From a virus (lineage: Duplodnaviria > Caudoviricetes), in the IMG/VR virus record IMGVR_UViG_3300022862_000020, positions 1 through 31,705 of that record: a DNA stretch of 31,705 nucleotides; one strand, 5' to 3'. A model generated the notes under the pieces. The model was not told the DNA's origin, made no database searches, and saw only the letters and a list, made by a program, of their open reading frames with translations. The position numbers and the translations under genes were made by a program. This document shows, piece after piece, positions 1 to 8,800 of this stretch. Positions within the stretch are counted from its first letter, which is position 1; each line of letters starts with the position of its first letter.

Positions 1-78
1 GAGAGCCGCCGGCTCGGTGACGAGTTCCTCGAGCTGACGGCCAACGGCGGTTTGGGCGAGCGTTTGCTGACCCTTTAG
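1..78 (+). CDS. 3' end of a host gene (partial), probably a patatin-like phospholipase family protein
   Basis: Frame 1 reads ESRRLGDEFLELTANGGLGERLLTL-stop (TAG 76-78). From memory this resembles the C-terminus of the Pseudomonas patatin-like protein upstream of queD. Only 25 codons are visible. Confidence 0.5.
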   Translation, partial: ESRRLGDEFLELTANGGLGERLLTL

Positions 79-161
79 TCAGCACGGTCGCGCAACGCCG
101 TTATCAAACTGATAAACTCCGCCGCCTGCCTCGCGACCGCTACCTTAAAGAGCCCGAACCT

Positions 162-184
162 GTGGAAATCTTCAAAGATTCCAC
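162..184 (+). other. Putative attL core overlapping the truncated 5' end of queD
   Basis: GTGGAAATCTTCAAAGATTCCAC reads (M)EIFKD, matching the Pseudomonas QueD start MEIFKE(FTFESAHRL) and then diverging. It is also an imperfect inverted repeat (GTGGAAATC...GATTCCAC), as expected for integrase core sites, about 160 bp upstream of the integrase. Confidence 0.6.
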
Positions 185-236
185 GGTTGCCTCCCATCTA
201 AAACCCCGCCGTCTCACCAACACCCACAAAACCCCT

Positions 237-344
237 AGTAACACTGACATGAGCGTACCAGCGTGTACCGCGCAATACCTTCCCAATGCCATCGGGTTAG
301 TACATTATCCAGTACATCAGAATTAGATTTGAGAGGATGTACTA
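237..344. repeat. Short AGTACAT/ATGTACT-type repeats, candidate integrase arm-type sites
   Basis: AGTACAT occurs twice in tandem (299-305, 311-317), inverted ATGTACT at 337-343, and related AGTAACA and GTACC copies at 237-269, between the att core and the int start. Confidence 0.45.
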
Positions 345-1529
345 GTGGCGCTCACGGATACCGCGGCCAGGCAGGCCAAGCCAAGGGAAAAGGCGTACAC
401 GCTGCCCGACTCTCTCGGTCTTTCGCTCTTTGTCGCGCCCAGCGGCATCAAAAGCTGGCACTTTCGATTCACTTGGCTTGGGAAGCAGGTGAGGATTTCG
501 TTCGGAACGTACCCGGATACGGGCCTTAAGGAAGCGCGAGCCCAAAGGGACGAAGCGCGGGAGGACATTGCACGCGGCATTGATCCGCGCGAATCGAGGA
601 AGGATAAAAAAGCAGGACTAATAGAGGCCAACAGCCGGACTTTTCGCAAGATCTACGACGAGTGGCTGGCTTTCAGGAAGGGGAGTATTTCGCCTGGGAC
701 ATACCGGATTATCAGCAACGCCATGGAACTTGATGTCCTGCCGACCTTTGGCGATCGGCAGATCGAATCAATAAAGCGGGCCGATGTCATCGCCCTGATT
801 CGAAAAATCGAAAAACGCGGATCGGTGGCCACTGCCGTGAAGGTTCGCCAGCGCATGGGCCAGGTATTCAGCTATGCCATCGCCATCGGCCTGCTCGACA
901 CCAACCCAACGGCAGAGATGCACGCGGTGACGGAGAAGATCGGCCAGCACAAGCATCACCCCTTCTTGCCGTTCAGCGAACTGCCGAAGACGATGGCGAC
1001 CATCCTGCAGAGTGTCGCGGGCCAGCAGCTCCGGTCCGCGTTCATGCTGATGATCTACACCGCCTCCCGCCCGGGCGAAGTTCGTCACGCAGAATGGTCT
1101 GAGATTGATTTCGACGCCAAGACCTGGACGACGCCGGCGGCCAAGATGAAAATGCGCCGCGACCATGTAGTGCCATTGCCGCGCCAGGCCATAGAACTGC
1201 TCGAGGAAATGCTGCCAGTTACCGGCCATCTGCGATATGTCTTCACCAACCGCAGCGATCCAACCATGCCCATCGGCACCAATTACGCGAACAATGTGAT
1301 GGAGGCGTGCGGCCTCACCGGCAAGCAGTCGCCTCACGGCTTCCGGCATTTGTTCTCGACGGAAATGAACGGCCGCGGATACAACCGCGATTGGATCGAG
1401 CGTCAGCTTGCCCATGCCGATACCAGCTTCATTCGCGACGTGTACAACCATGCCGCGTACCTGGAGCAACGCAGGGAAATGATGCAGGTTTGGGCCGATT
1501 TGGTCACACCAGCGAGCGGATCGACGTAA
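345..1529 (+). CDS. int: Tyrosine recombinase/integrase (P4-like, N-terminal arm-binding domain)
   Basis: 394 aa, GTG start. N-terminus MALTDTAARQAKPREKAYTL..GLSLFV..G.KSW; catalytic R (TASRPGE), HGFR, H (QLAH) and Y (VYNHAAY). Confidence 0.96.
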   Translation: MALTDTAARQAKPREKAYTLPDSLGLSLFVAPSGIKSWHFRFTWLGKQVRISFGTYPDTGLKEARAQRDEAREDIARGIDPRESRKDKKAGLIEANSRTFRKIYDEWLAFRKGSISPGTYRIISNAMELDVLPTFGDRQIESIKRADVIALIRKIEKRGSVATAVKVRQRMGQVFSYAIAIGLLDTNPTAEMHAVTEKIGQHKHHPFLPFSELPKTMATILQSVAGQQLRSAFMLMIYTASRPGEVRHAEWSEIDFDAKTWTTPAAKMKMRRDHVVPLPRQAIELLEEMLPVTGHLRYVFTNRSDPTMPIGTNYANNVMEACGLTGKQSPHGFRHLFSTEMNGRGYNRDWIERQLAHADTSFIRDVYNHAAYLEQRREMMQVWADLVTPASGST

Positions 1530-1598
1530 CGACCGCTCACAACCAAACCCCCTACAGCTCGTCGCCTCACCCTCGCCCAAATTGTCGACCCTCGATTA

Positions 1599-1614
1599 CT
1601 GTATATCCAAACAG
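1599..1614 (+). promoter_or_regulatory. LexA (SOS) box
   Basis: CTGTATATCCAAACAG is CTG-N10-CAG with a TA prefix and is close to the gammaproteobacterial consensus; it ends 19 bp before the GTG at 1634. Confidence 0.8.
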
Positions 1615-1633
1615 CAATACTGAGGCTTTGCCC

Positions 1634-2014
1634 GTGGATCCGCTAGACATTGAAGAAACCGACGATTGGCTGGGCTGCCCTACCCCTCTGGAAATGTACA
1701 AACACTCCTGCCACATGCTGGAGAACGAGGTGCAGGAGCTGACAACCCAGCTTCGCAAGGCGCGCCAGGACATCTTCGGGCTTGTGGAGATGCACGCGAC
1801 CGAGGCCAAGGAGTGCGCCAGGCTTCGGGCTGAGCTTGATAAGGCGAAATGGGCGTGGAATTCCGAGCACCTTCGATATGTCGAACTGATGAATAGGTCG
1901 AATGGTGAGCGCGTTGCAAATAGCACGCTTATCGCCGAGCTGCATCGTCAGCTCAAGGTTTATGAAGGGGATAGGCTCCCCGATGACATAATCCCGAGCC
2001 CCCGCCCAAGGTGA
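1634..2014 (+). CDS. Hypothetical coiled-coil protein, probably SOS-regulated (126 aa)
   Basis: In frame with track ORF 1307..2014. GAGG RBS precedes GTG 1634 (MDPLDIEETDDWLGCPTPLE...). The upstream extension overlaps int and was discarded. Confidence 0.75.
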   Translation: MDPLDIEETDDWLGCPTPLEMYKHSCHMLENEVQELTTQLRKARQDIFGLVEMHATEAKECARLRAELDKAKWAWNSEHLRYVELMNRSNGERVANSTLIAELHRQLKVYEGDRLPDDIIPSPRPR

Positions 2015-2029
2015 TAGAGAGGATCCGAC

Positions 2030-2542
2030 CTATCGCTGATGCAACTCCCTGACATACGCCTGGCAAGCCTTCAGCGCGATCAACCCCCGGTCGCCGTCGT
2101 CGGTGATGGCGACAATTCTTTGAGCATGCGCTGGGTCAAGTTGGGCTCGACGGGTTCCATGAACCATGCCGACGGTGCCGGCGGTGGCAGGCACTGCGTT
2201 ACAACTGGCTGGATCCTCGAGGAGGACTGACAGCCGCAAATCAGCAGTGGCAATGCGATCGCGCAGGCGATCTTGAGTGGTTTGAGCATCGCTCAGTTCC
2301 TTGTAGTGGGATTGTTCGCTGGCCGACAGCCGCTGTTCCAGGTTCAGGCGCTTATCCTGCTCGACGCGGGCCTGGGCGACTGCGGCGCTGCTGATGGCGG
2401 CAAGGTCGGCCTGGTACAAGCCGGCCTGCTCTGCCATCTTCTTGCCCATGCGCCAGTCCTGAACCTTCCATGTCCCGACCACAGCGAGCAGCACGAGCGC
2501 CAGCGCGCCGACGGCCCAGGCCTTCATGCCCACGGGATTCAT
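2030..2542 (-). CDS. Rz: Rz-like inner-membrane spanin
   Basis: N-terminal TM helix, coiled coil, C-terminal DGDRGLIALKACQAYV motif; directly follows the endolysin. Confidence 0.9.
   Translation of the reverse strand: MNPVGMKAWAVGALALVLLAVVGTWKVQDWRMGKKMAEQAGLYQADLAAISSAAVAQARVEQDKRLNLEQRLSASEQSHYKELSDAQTTQDRLRDRIATADLRLSVLLEDPASCNAVPATAGTVGMVHGTRRAQLDPAHAQRIVAITDDGDRGLIALKACQAYVRELHQR
2080..2289 (-). CDS. Rz1: Rz1-like outer-membrane lipoprotein spanin nested in Rz
   Basis: 69 aa in another frame inside Rz; signal peptide with lipobox LICGC and Pro-rich CLPPPAPSAW. Confidence 0.85.
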   Translation of the reverse strand: MLKPLKIACAIALPLLICGCQSSSRIQPVVTQCLPPPAPSAWFMEPVEPNLTQRMLKELSPSPTTATGG

Positions 2543-2964
2543 GGCACATCCTTGAAGAACACGTGATTGCCCAGCCGCAAGGTCTGCGTGGCCTTGGCCG
2601 CCCAGGCCGGAGCCTTCGGCATGGTCGTGGCATAGTAGTGAGTCGCGCCCTTCGTGATATCAGGCTCGGCGCCGGAAATCACTAGGTCGGCCGCCCGCTG
2701 CGCTTGGGCGAACTGCTTCGGAGGGATCGGCTTGGCGCCGCTCAGGTAGGGATAGTTCAGGTCGTTCTTGTTCCAGCAGCTGAACTGGTAGGGCTTCAGG
2801 CAGACGCCGGCATAGCCTTCGCCCCACCACGAGCGGTCCTTGCCGTCGTTCACACGGTTGCGGATGGTGTGGGCCACGGCGATCTGGCCGGCCAAGCCTT
2901 CGCCGCGGGCCTCGCCCCACAAGGTGCGGGCCAGAATGTCGCGGTCCCTTTCGGAAACAGTCAT
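2539..2964 (-). CDS. Endolysin, SleB/Hydrolase_2-type cell wall hydrolase
   Basis: LARTLWGEARGE (catalytic Glu), VAHTIRNRV, QFSCWN, GATHYY, GNHVFF motifs. Confidence 0.9.
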   Translation of the reverse strand: MTVSERDRDILARTLWGEARGEGLAGQIAVAHTIRNRVNDGKDRSWWGEGYAGVCLKPYQFSCWNKNDLNYPYLSGAKPIPPKQFAQAQRAADLVISGAEPDITKGATHYYATTMPKAPAWAAKATQTLRLGNHVFFKDVP

Positions 2965-2981
2965 AAGTTTTCTCCAGACAA

Positions 2982-3006
2982 TAAAAAACCCGCTCGATGG
3001 CGGGTT
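2982..3006 (-). terminator. Intrinsic terminator between tail genes and endolysin
   Basis: Minus strand AACCCGC-CATCGA-GCGGGTT followed by a T-tract. Confidence 0.75.
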
Positions 3007-3023
3007 GCGGTGTGCAGCGCGGG

Positions 3024-3734
3024 TCAGATCGATTCGGCGGCGGCCAGCATCGGCGCGGCGATGATTTCAGGGATGGGCGGCTCTGCAGGCCAGACCGGGG
3101 AGTCGAACCACCCAGGTTGCGTGGTGACCTTGCCCAAGGCGTACTTGTAGACCTTCCAGGCTTTCAGCGGCGCGACCAGGGCGGCCTGCTCTGCCTCTTC
3201 CTCGGGTGTCGCCTCCCCTATTTCGATGCCGTAGCCCAATGTCTCAATGCGATCCTGTATGCGTGAGATCTGTGTGGCAGCCCGGGTATTGCGCTCGGCG
3301 AGCTCTGACTTCACCGTGGAAAGCTGAGCAGCCAGGATCGCAGCGTCCTTCATTTCTTTGGTGACCAGCCTGGACCAGTCGATCACGCCGTCTGTGATCA
3401 GGTCGGATGGATCAGGTTGAGGCGCGACGTAATCCGCCTGCTCGGGCTCGGGGAAAACCACCACCCCGTCGGGCACGTTCAGCAGCGGCGATGGAAAGGC
3501 CTGGGCCTGGCTGTAATTGCTGGGATTGGGGAATAGCAGCGTCAGGGTCAGCTCCCCATTCAGACGCTCGATGTTACCGGGCAACCACTGGGAATGAATG
3601 GCATCAAAAGGCAGCGTGTCGCCCTCCCCAATCGGCGAAAGGTCAAACCGCACGGAATTAAGCGTCAGGACATCCCCCGACTTAACCGCAATCAGGGTGT
3701 CGTCACGGCGTTGAGGGCTGAGAATAATTTTCAT
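3024..3734 (-). CDS. Tail fibre assembly/chaperone-like protein (236 aa)
   Basis: Start MKIILSPQRRDD overlaps the fibre stop (ATGA). C-terminal WKVYKYAL...VWPAEP is typical of tail fibre assembly proteins. Confidence 0.75.
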   Translation of the reverse strand: MKIILSPQRRDDTLIAVKSGDVLTLNSVRFDLSPIGEGDTLPFDAIHSQWLPGNIERLNGELTLTLLFPNPSNYSQAQAFPSPLLNVPDGVVVFPEPEQADYVAPQPDPSDLITDGVIDWSRLVTKEMKDAAILAAQLSTVKSELAERNTRAATQISRIQDRIETLGYGIEIGEATPEEEAEQAALVAPLKAWKVYKYALGKVTTQPGWFDSPVWPAEPPIPEIIAAPMLAAAESI

Positions 3735-4837
3735 GCAAACCACCTCCCTACCGCGATGGCAGAAATGTAAGTGGAGGTTCCACTCGCTCTGGTGAAGTAA
3801 TCCCAGCCGCGTAGCGAAACGCCGGAGGTGGAAGCTGCGCCGCTCGTCCCGCCCCAACTGGCAGCACTCCCCCACTTGAAGGTCCCGCAGGTCACGACCG
3901 GAGCCGCGATAAAAGCCATCGGGAAGACCCAGGACCGGGATCCTTGGAAGATCGCTCCATATGCATCGCTGATGCTCTGGTCGGTCACGGTGATGGACAG
4001 CGTGCAAATCATCGTCCCGTCGGCGAACTTCACATAGGCGCCGTTTGGATTGCTTCCCGCCTCAATGACCGCACCAGTCGGCACGCCGCCCACCTGGGAA
4101 ACCGTGCCGAGCAGGTTCCCAGTGTCGTAGACCTTGCGCCAAGCTGCCCAGGTAGTGATGTCAGTTTTCAGGCGGAAGCCCAGGGCGCCCTGAGGCCCCC
4201 ACCCCATAACGAGCTGTGACTCAACGTTGTTCGTCCTGCGCAGATGGAGTCCCATCGGATAGGAGCCCAGCAGCGGCTGGTTGTGGCCTGGCGGGGTGGC
4301 GATGGACGAGGCAAACATCTGGTTGGCAGTGAAGAAGGTGTCCATGCTGGTGGCGCCGTCGTAACTTGAGCCGGTGGAGCCGAGCCCAAAGTCTGCCACC
4401 TTCAACATCCTGCCCGCCGTGGCGTCGTAGGCATTGGCCGTTTTCACCAGTCCCAGCGCGGTCTGTGCTTCTGCCTGGGTGGTGCCACCAGTGCCGCCCT
4501 TGGTCACTGGCAAAATGTCGTAGTTGCCCGTGGTCCCCAGCGCGGCAAGCTTGGCACCATAGGTGTTCACAATTGCACGCAGTGCGTCAGCAGAATCCTT
4601 TACATAGCCCTGCATCGGCGCCAGCGCGTAGGCGCCCGCGGCGGCGGTTGAGCCTTGGTACGCTGGCTCAATCGACATAACCGTGTTGCTGGCTACGTTG
4701 GTGACTTCATACCACCGACCATCCGGGCCGCGGAATGCATCGCCGACCCGGCAATTCACGATGAAGGCCGTGCCTGTACCTGTTACCGCGTTGGAATTCA
4801 GGGTGACGGAAACCGTCCCCGTTTTGTACCAGGGCAT
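3731..4837 (-). CDS. Tail fibre protein (368 aa)
   Basis: MPWYKTGTVSVT start after an AAAGGA RBS; LPVTKGGTGGTT and GRMLKVADFGLG fibre motifs; C-terminal GSNPNGAYVKFADGTMIC...AVGRW domain. Confidence 0.85.
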   Translation of the reverse strand: MPWYKTGTVSVTLNSNAVTGTGTAFIVNCRVGDAFRGPDGRWYEVTNVASNTVMSIEPAYQGSTAAAGAYALAPMQGYVKDSADALRAIVNTYGAKLAALGTTGNYDILPVTKGGTGGTTQAEAQTALGLVKTANAYDATAGRMLKVADFGLGSTGSSYDGATSMDTFFTANQMFASSIATPPGHNQPLLGSYPMGLHLRRTNNVESQLVMGWGPQGALGFRLKTDITTWAAWRKVYDTGNLLGTVSQVGGVPTGAVIEAGSNPNGAYVKFADGTMICTLSITVTDQSISDAYGAIFQGSRSWVFPMAFIAAPVVTCGTFKWGSAASWGGTSGAASTSGVSLRGWDYFTRASGTSTYISAIAVGRWFA

Positions 4838-4850
4838 AGGAAGTTGTCCT

Positions 4851-5525
4851 TTAGAGTTTTGCGAATACTGCAGGAAGGAAGAAAGCGAATGGGTTGCCAG
4901 AGCCAACTGTCAGCGCGTATAGATTCCCGCCTGAGAAATCCCACCAACAATATAAAGCCCGATTAAATGGGGCATCGTTGAGCATCGGCATGCTGAATGT
5001 ATTGATCAGCATGTACTCTCCGGCTGGAAAATTGAAGTTCACTCGATAATAGTTTCGGGGCTGGCCCTGGCCTGCGGTATCTGTTTTTACGTACGTCCAA
5101 TTCTGGAATGAACGCGTGAACCTCGCATAGGGTGTATCGCTGTCGAATAACAGCTTTGAGCTACCATCCCATATGCGCATCCCGTAATCGGCAAGCGCTG
5201 TAGCGGCGAAACCGCACGCAAAATATGCCCCGTTTGGCTGTAGCGTGTTTTCGTCATATGCACGGACGTAGAACCCGGTCCACGCCCCTGGCGACCCGAT
5301 CACCCGCATCAGGCACAGGCCGGCAATGCCAGTGCTGCCAGCGGGCCTGATAAAAACAAGCGGTGGTTCCTGGCTCGTGATTGTTCGAGGAAAGGAAGTG
5401 ACCGACCCAAGTCCAGATTCTTGCGTTGGCTGGTATGTTCCTTTTGCCAGAACGACAAGACGAGTGAACTCTGAATCAACTGTCACGACGTTGCTGTCGT
5501 TTGTGAACTCTAATCCAAATGCCAT
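4851..5525 (-). CDS. Tail tip-associated protein
   Basis: 224 aa; MAFGLEFTND and DYGMRIWDGSSKLLFDS repeats typical of genes following gpJ. Confidence 0.7.
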   Translation of the reverse strand: MAFGLEFTNDSNVVTVDSEFTRLVVLAKGTYQPTQESGLGSVTSFPRTITSQEPPLVFIRPAGSTGIAGLCLMRVIGSPGAWTGFYVRAYDENTLQPNGAYFACGFAATALADYGMRIWDGSSKLLFDSDTPYARFTRSFQNWTYVKTDTAGQGQPRNYYRVNFNFPAGEYMLINTFSMPMLNDAPFNRALYCWWDFSGGNLYALTVGSGNPFAFFLPAVFAKL

Positions 5526-5848
5526 CAGGAGAACCTTATTACAATTAGGCGCATCGTTGAGCTGGTCGTGCTGCTGTATTGCTCCCTTCCTCGAATATAG
5601 CTATAGACACGTACCGCACCGGCTATGACTTCGGTCTCAAGTTGCATGTCGGTACTTACATTATAGTTTCCAATCGGAACAACAAACGCCGCGCAGTTGC
5701 TTGTGGTTATCCCGGGAATGGATATGGTCTGAAAGTTTGCGGAGTTGGTTCCCGTAACAACTCCGCTATAGACAACACGCATGGTGAGCGACGATGGATC
5801 AAGCGTGATGTTGTTACTTTCATCACGGACTTCAATCCCAAAACTCAT
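5525..5848 (-). CDS. Small tail tip-associated protein
   Basis: 107 aa; MSFGIEVRDE start resembles the neighbouring gene; overlaps the gpJ stop. Confidence 0.7.
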   Translation of the reverse strand: MSFGIEVRDESNNITLDPSSLTMRVVYSGVVTGTNSANFQTISIPGITTSNCAAFVVPIGNYNVSTDMQLETEVIAGAVRVYSYIRGREQYSSTTSSTMRLIVIRFS

Positions 5849-8800
5849 GCTGAGAGATCTCCAAGTTGCACACGCTTAACGCCGTTCTGGTCGTATACCT
5901 TGATGGCGCGGTTGGTCATGGTCAGACGACCACCGCCCGGGGCCGGTCCGTTGAACTCAAGATTGCCGGCTTTATCCAGGCGCCAGCCCTGCACGCCGGC
6001 GACGTAGTTGTCGGATTGCAGCGCCTGTCCGATCTTCAGCATCGTGATGCTGCCATCTTCAATAAACGCTGACCTGAGGAAAACCTGCCCGCCCTGAACC
6101 GCAAACGGAACCGAGATGGCGCCGCCAGCGATGGTGTTGACGATGGCGAAACGGTCAGCACTGACTAGGAACTGGCTTTGCAGGCCTGCCGCCGTGTTCT
6201 CGATGCCCAGGCCAATGCCGGCGGCGACATACTGTCCATTCGCGTTCACCTGCATCTTCACCGACCACATGGTGCTGAGCTTGCCGCTGGTGTCCGCGTA
6301 GGCTTCCGACGTTTGCTGAATGGCCGCTGAGTTGGCGCCCACCTTCACGCTCAACTGATCGATCTTGGTCGCCGTCGACGATTCGCTGGTGGCCACCACC
6401 TGCGACATCTCAGTGATGTTCGCCTCGTTTTTGCCCAGCTTGGCGTCCAAGGTGACCAACTGCCGGGCGAAGGCCTCGTCCTCCGAGGACCTGACACTAC
6501 GCTCAGCAGCAATCGATGCCGTGCTGTTCCAGCCGTCGATGGCGTCGTTAAGGTCGCCCTCCCCGTTGTCATCGCGATACGACGCCCGCAGCGCTTCGAA
6601 GGCCGTGGCCTGGGCGGTAACCACGCCGTCCAGCTCTACAATCTCGGCGGTGTTGGTCGCCACCTGCTGCGCCAGGCCGTTGGCCGTCTCGACCGACTGC
6701 CCGACATCAATCCAATAGGTGGTGTTGGGCGGTGGCGTGTTGATCGGAACCGGGATTTTCGCCTGGTAGATGCGGCCGTCCTCCACCACCATCTGGCCCA
6801 CCTCATAGGGCTCATCCGGCTCGTAGGCCGACAGCCCATCGAGCGCATCGATCTGGGCCTGGAGGCCTGGGATCTTCTCGATTTCACCCCTCAGCTCTTC
6901 GCTGAGTTCGGTTTCGCCAATCTGCCCGGCGATCAGCTCGAGGATTGGCCCAGCCTCCGAACTGGCCTGTCCCAGGACACCGTTGCCGACGGGGTACCAA
7001 GGGCCAATGTTCCCGGTGCGATCCACCAGGCGCGCCCAGAAAAAGAACGACGCACCCGCCAGCAGGCTCTGCATGCTGTAGTCGCTCTGGGGATAAGCCA
7101 GGTCGGCCAGCTTGGTGGCGTTCTCCAGGGCGTTGGTTGGGCCGTACCAGATCTCTGTTCGCTGGGTGTCCTCGGCGCCAGCGGGGAAGCCCCACTTGAG
7201 GCCGATGCCGAACAGCAGCGACGTAGCCGTCAGGAACGATACCGCCGGCGGCAGGCCCTCCTTCCCCTTGAGCTCAGTCAGCACAGAGTTGCGCCAGATC
7301 GACGAGATGTCGAAAGCGCTCACAGCACGGACGCGCGCCACATAGGCACCGGCATAGATGCCGACCACATCCACGTTTGTCGACCCGGTGCGTTGCACCT
7401 TGATCCAATTCCCGCTGTCCTTGCGCCACTCCACGTCGTAGGCAACAGCACCTTCCACGGCGGGCCAGCTTATGGTCATAGTGGCCACGGCCAGCCCCTG
7501 AACAACCGAGGAGGTCGACGCGACTGTCACGCTCGCAGGCGCCGGAACCACGGTGATAGGGATCACGCTGATCGGGCGGTCTTCCAGGCGTGCGCCAGTG
7601 TCGATGAAAGCGAACTTGCTCGGTTCGTACTGCAGCGCACTGATTTCGAAGTCGCCTTCGGTGGTGCGCTTGGTCCGGAGCACCCGATACAGCGGGATCG
7701 CTAGGTCATCCGCATCGAGCGCCCACTGAAGCTGCGCCCGGGGCGCTTCGCTGTAGGCGACGGTCACCGTTACGGCTCGGCCGGCAACACTCTGCACGGT
7801 CCGGCCTTCCGCGCGCCCGCCTGGCAGGTTGATGATCAGGCGATCACCGGCCTTGGCCTGGGTGTCGCGGTCCAGGGTCACAACCCGGCCGGCGGCGGCA
7901 GAAATGCGCCCGCCGATCTCCCGGCCAGCCAGCAGCGAGTCAGCCACTGGGATGATGTGGCCCGGCAGCGGAATCACGCCCTCCATGCCAGTCTTGAAGG
8001 TGACAGTCCGGTCCAGGTTGTTGCTGAGTATCGCCCACTTGCCGCGGCGCTGAGCCTCGGACGCCCGGGTGCAACCGATGGCGCTAAGCTCGGTTGGCCG
8101 GTCGCCATAGCGGCGTTGGAGCGGTAGGTCGGAGAACGGAATGACGTCGGTGTCGTAGTTGTTCGCCGGGTTGTCGTAGCTGACCAATGCCCGGGTATAC
8201 CGGGTCTTCGCCGAGGCGCTGCCGTAGGAGAATTTCCCGTCGATGACGTTCGCCCGGGTGAACACGTAGTCGAAGTCCTGGGCGCGCGGCATGTCGGCCT
8301 GCATGATCAACTGGCCCTGGGCCCAGTAGGTCATGCCGCGGTAGATGCCGGATATGTCCCGCAGCAGCGTCCAGGCGTCGGCCTTGCCCTGCAGGTTCAT
8401 GTCGCACAGGAAGCGCGGCTCGGTCCCACCCAGGCCGTCCGGCACCAGTTGGTCGCAATACTGCGCGATCCGGTACAGCTCCCACTTGTCGACCATGAAG
8501 GCCTTGATGCGCTTGCCCAGGCCGAAACGGTCCTCGGTGCAGATGCCGTACGTGATCCAGGCCGGGTTATTGGTCCAGGCCAGCTTCATGGTGCCGTCCC
8601 AAGTGCCGGTGTAGGTCCTGGCGATGGGGTCGTAGTTGCTCGGGACCTGCCACTTGCGAGCCTTGCACTTCACGGTGACAGCCGGGATGTTGGTGAACTG
8701 CTCGGCGTCGAACTCGATGTACAGCAGCGCGGTATTCGGGTAGCGCAGCTTTGCGTCAATCACCTCGGTGAAGCCGGCAATCAACATGGTGTCGGCGATT

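Noticed and set aside
1307-1633. N-terminal extension of the 235-aa ORF
   Set aside because: Overlaps int and the SOS box; the RBS supports GTG 1634.
3735-4007. N-terminal extension of the 327-aa ORF
   Set aside because: Lies inside the tail fibre gene; the coupled ATGA start at 3734 is more plausible.
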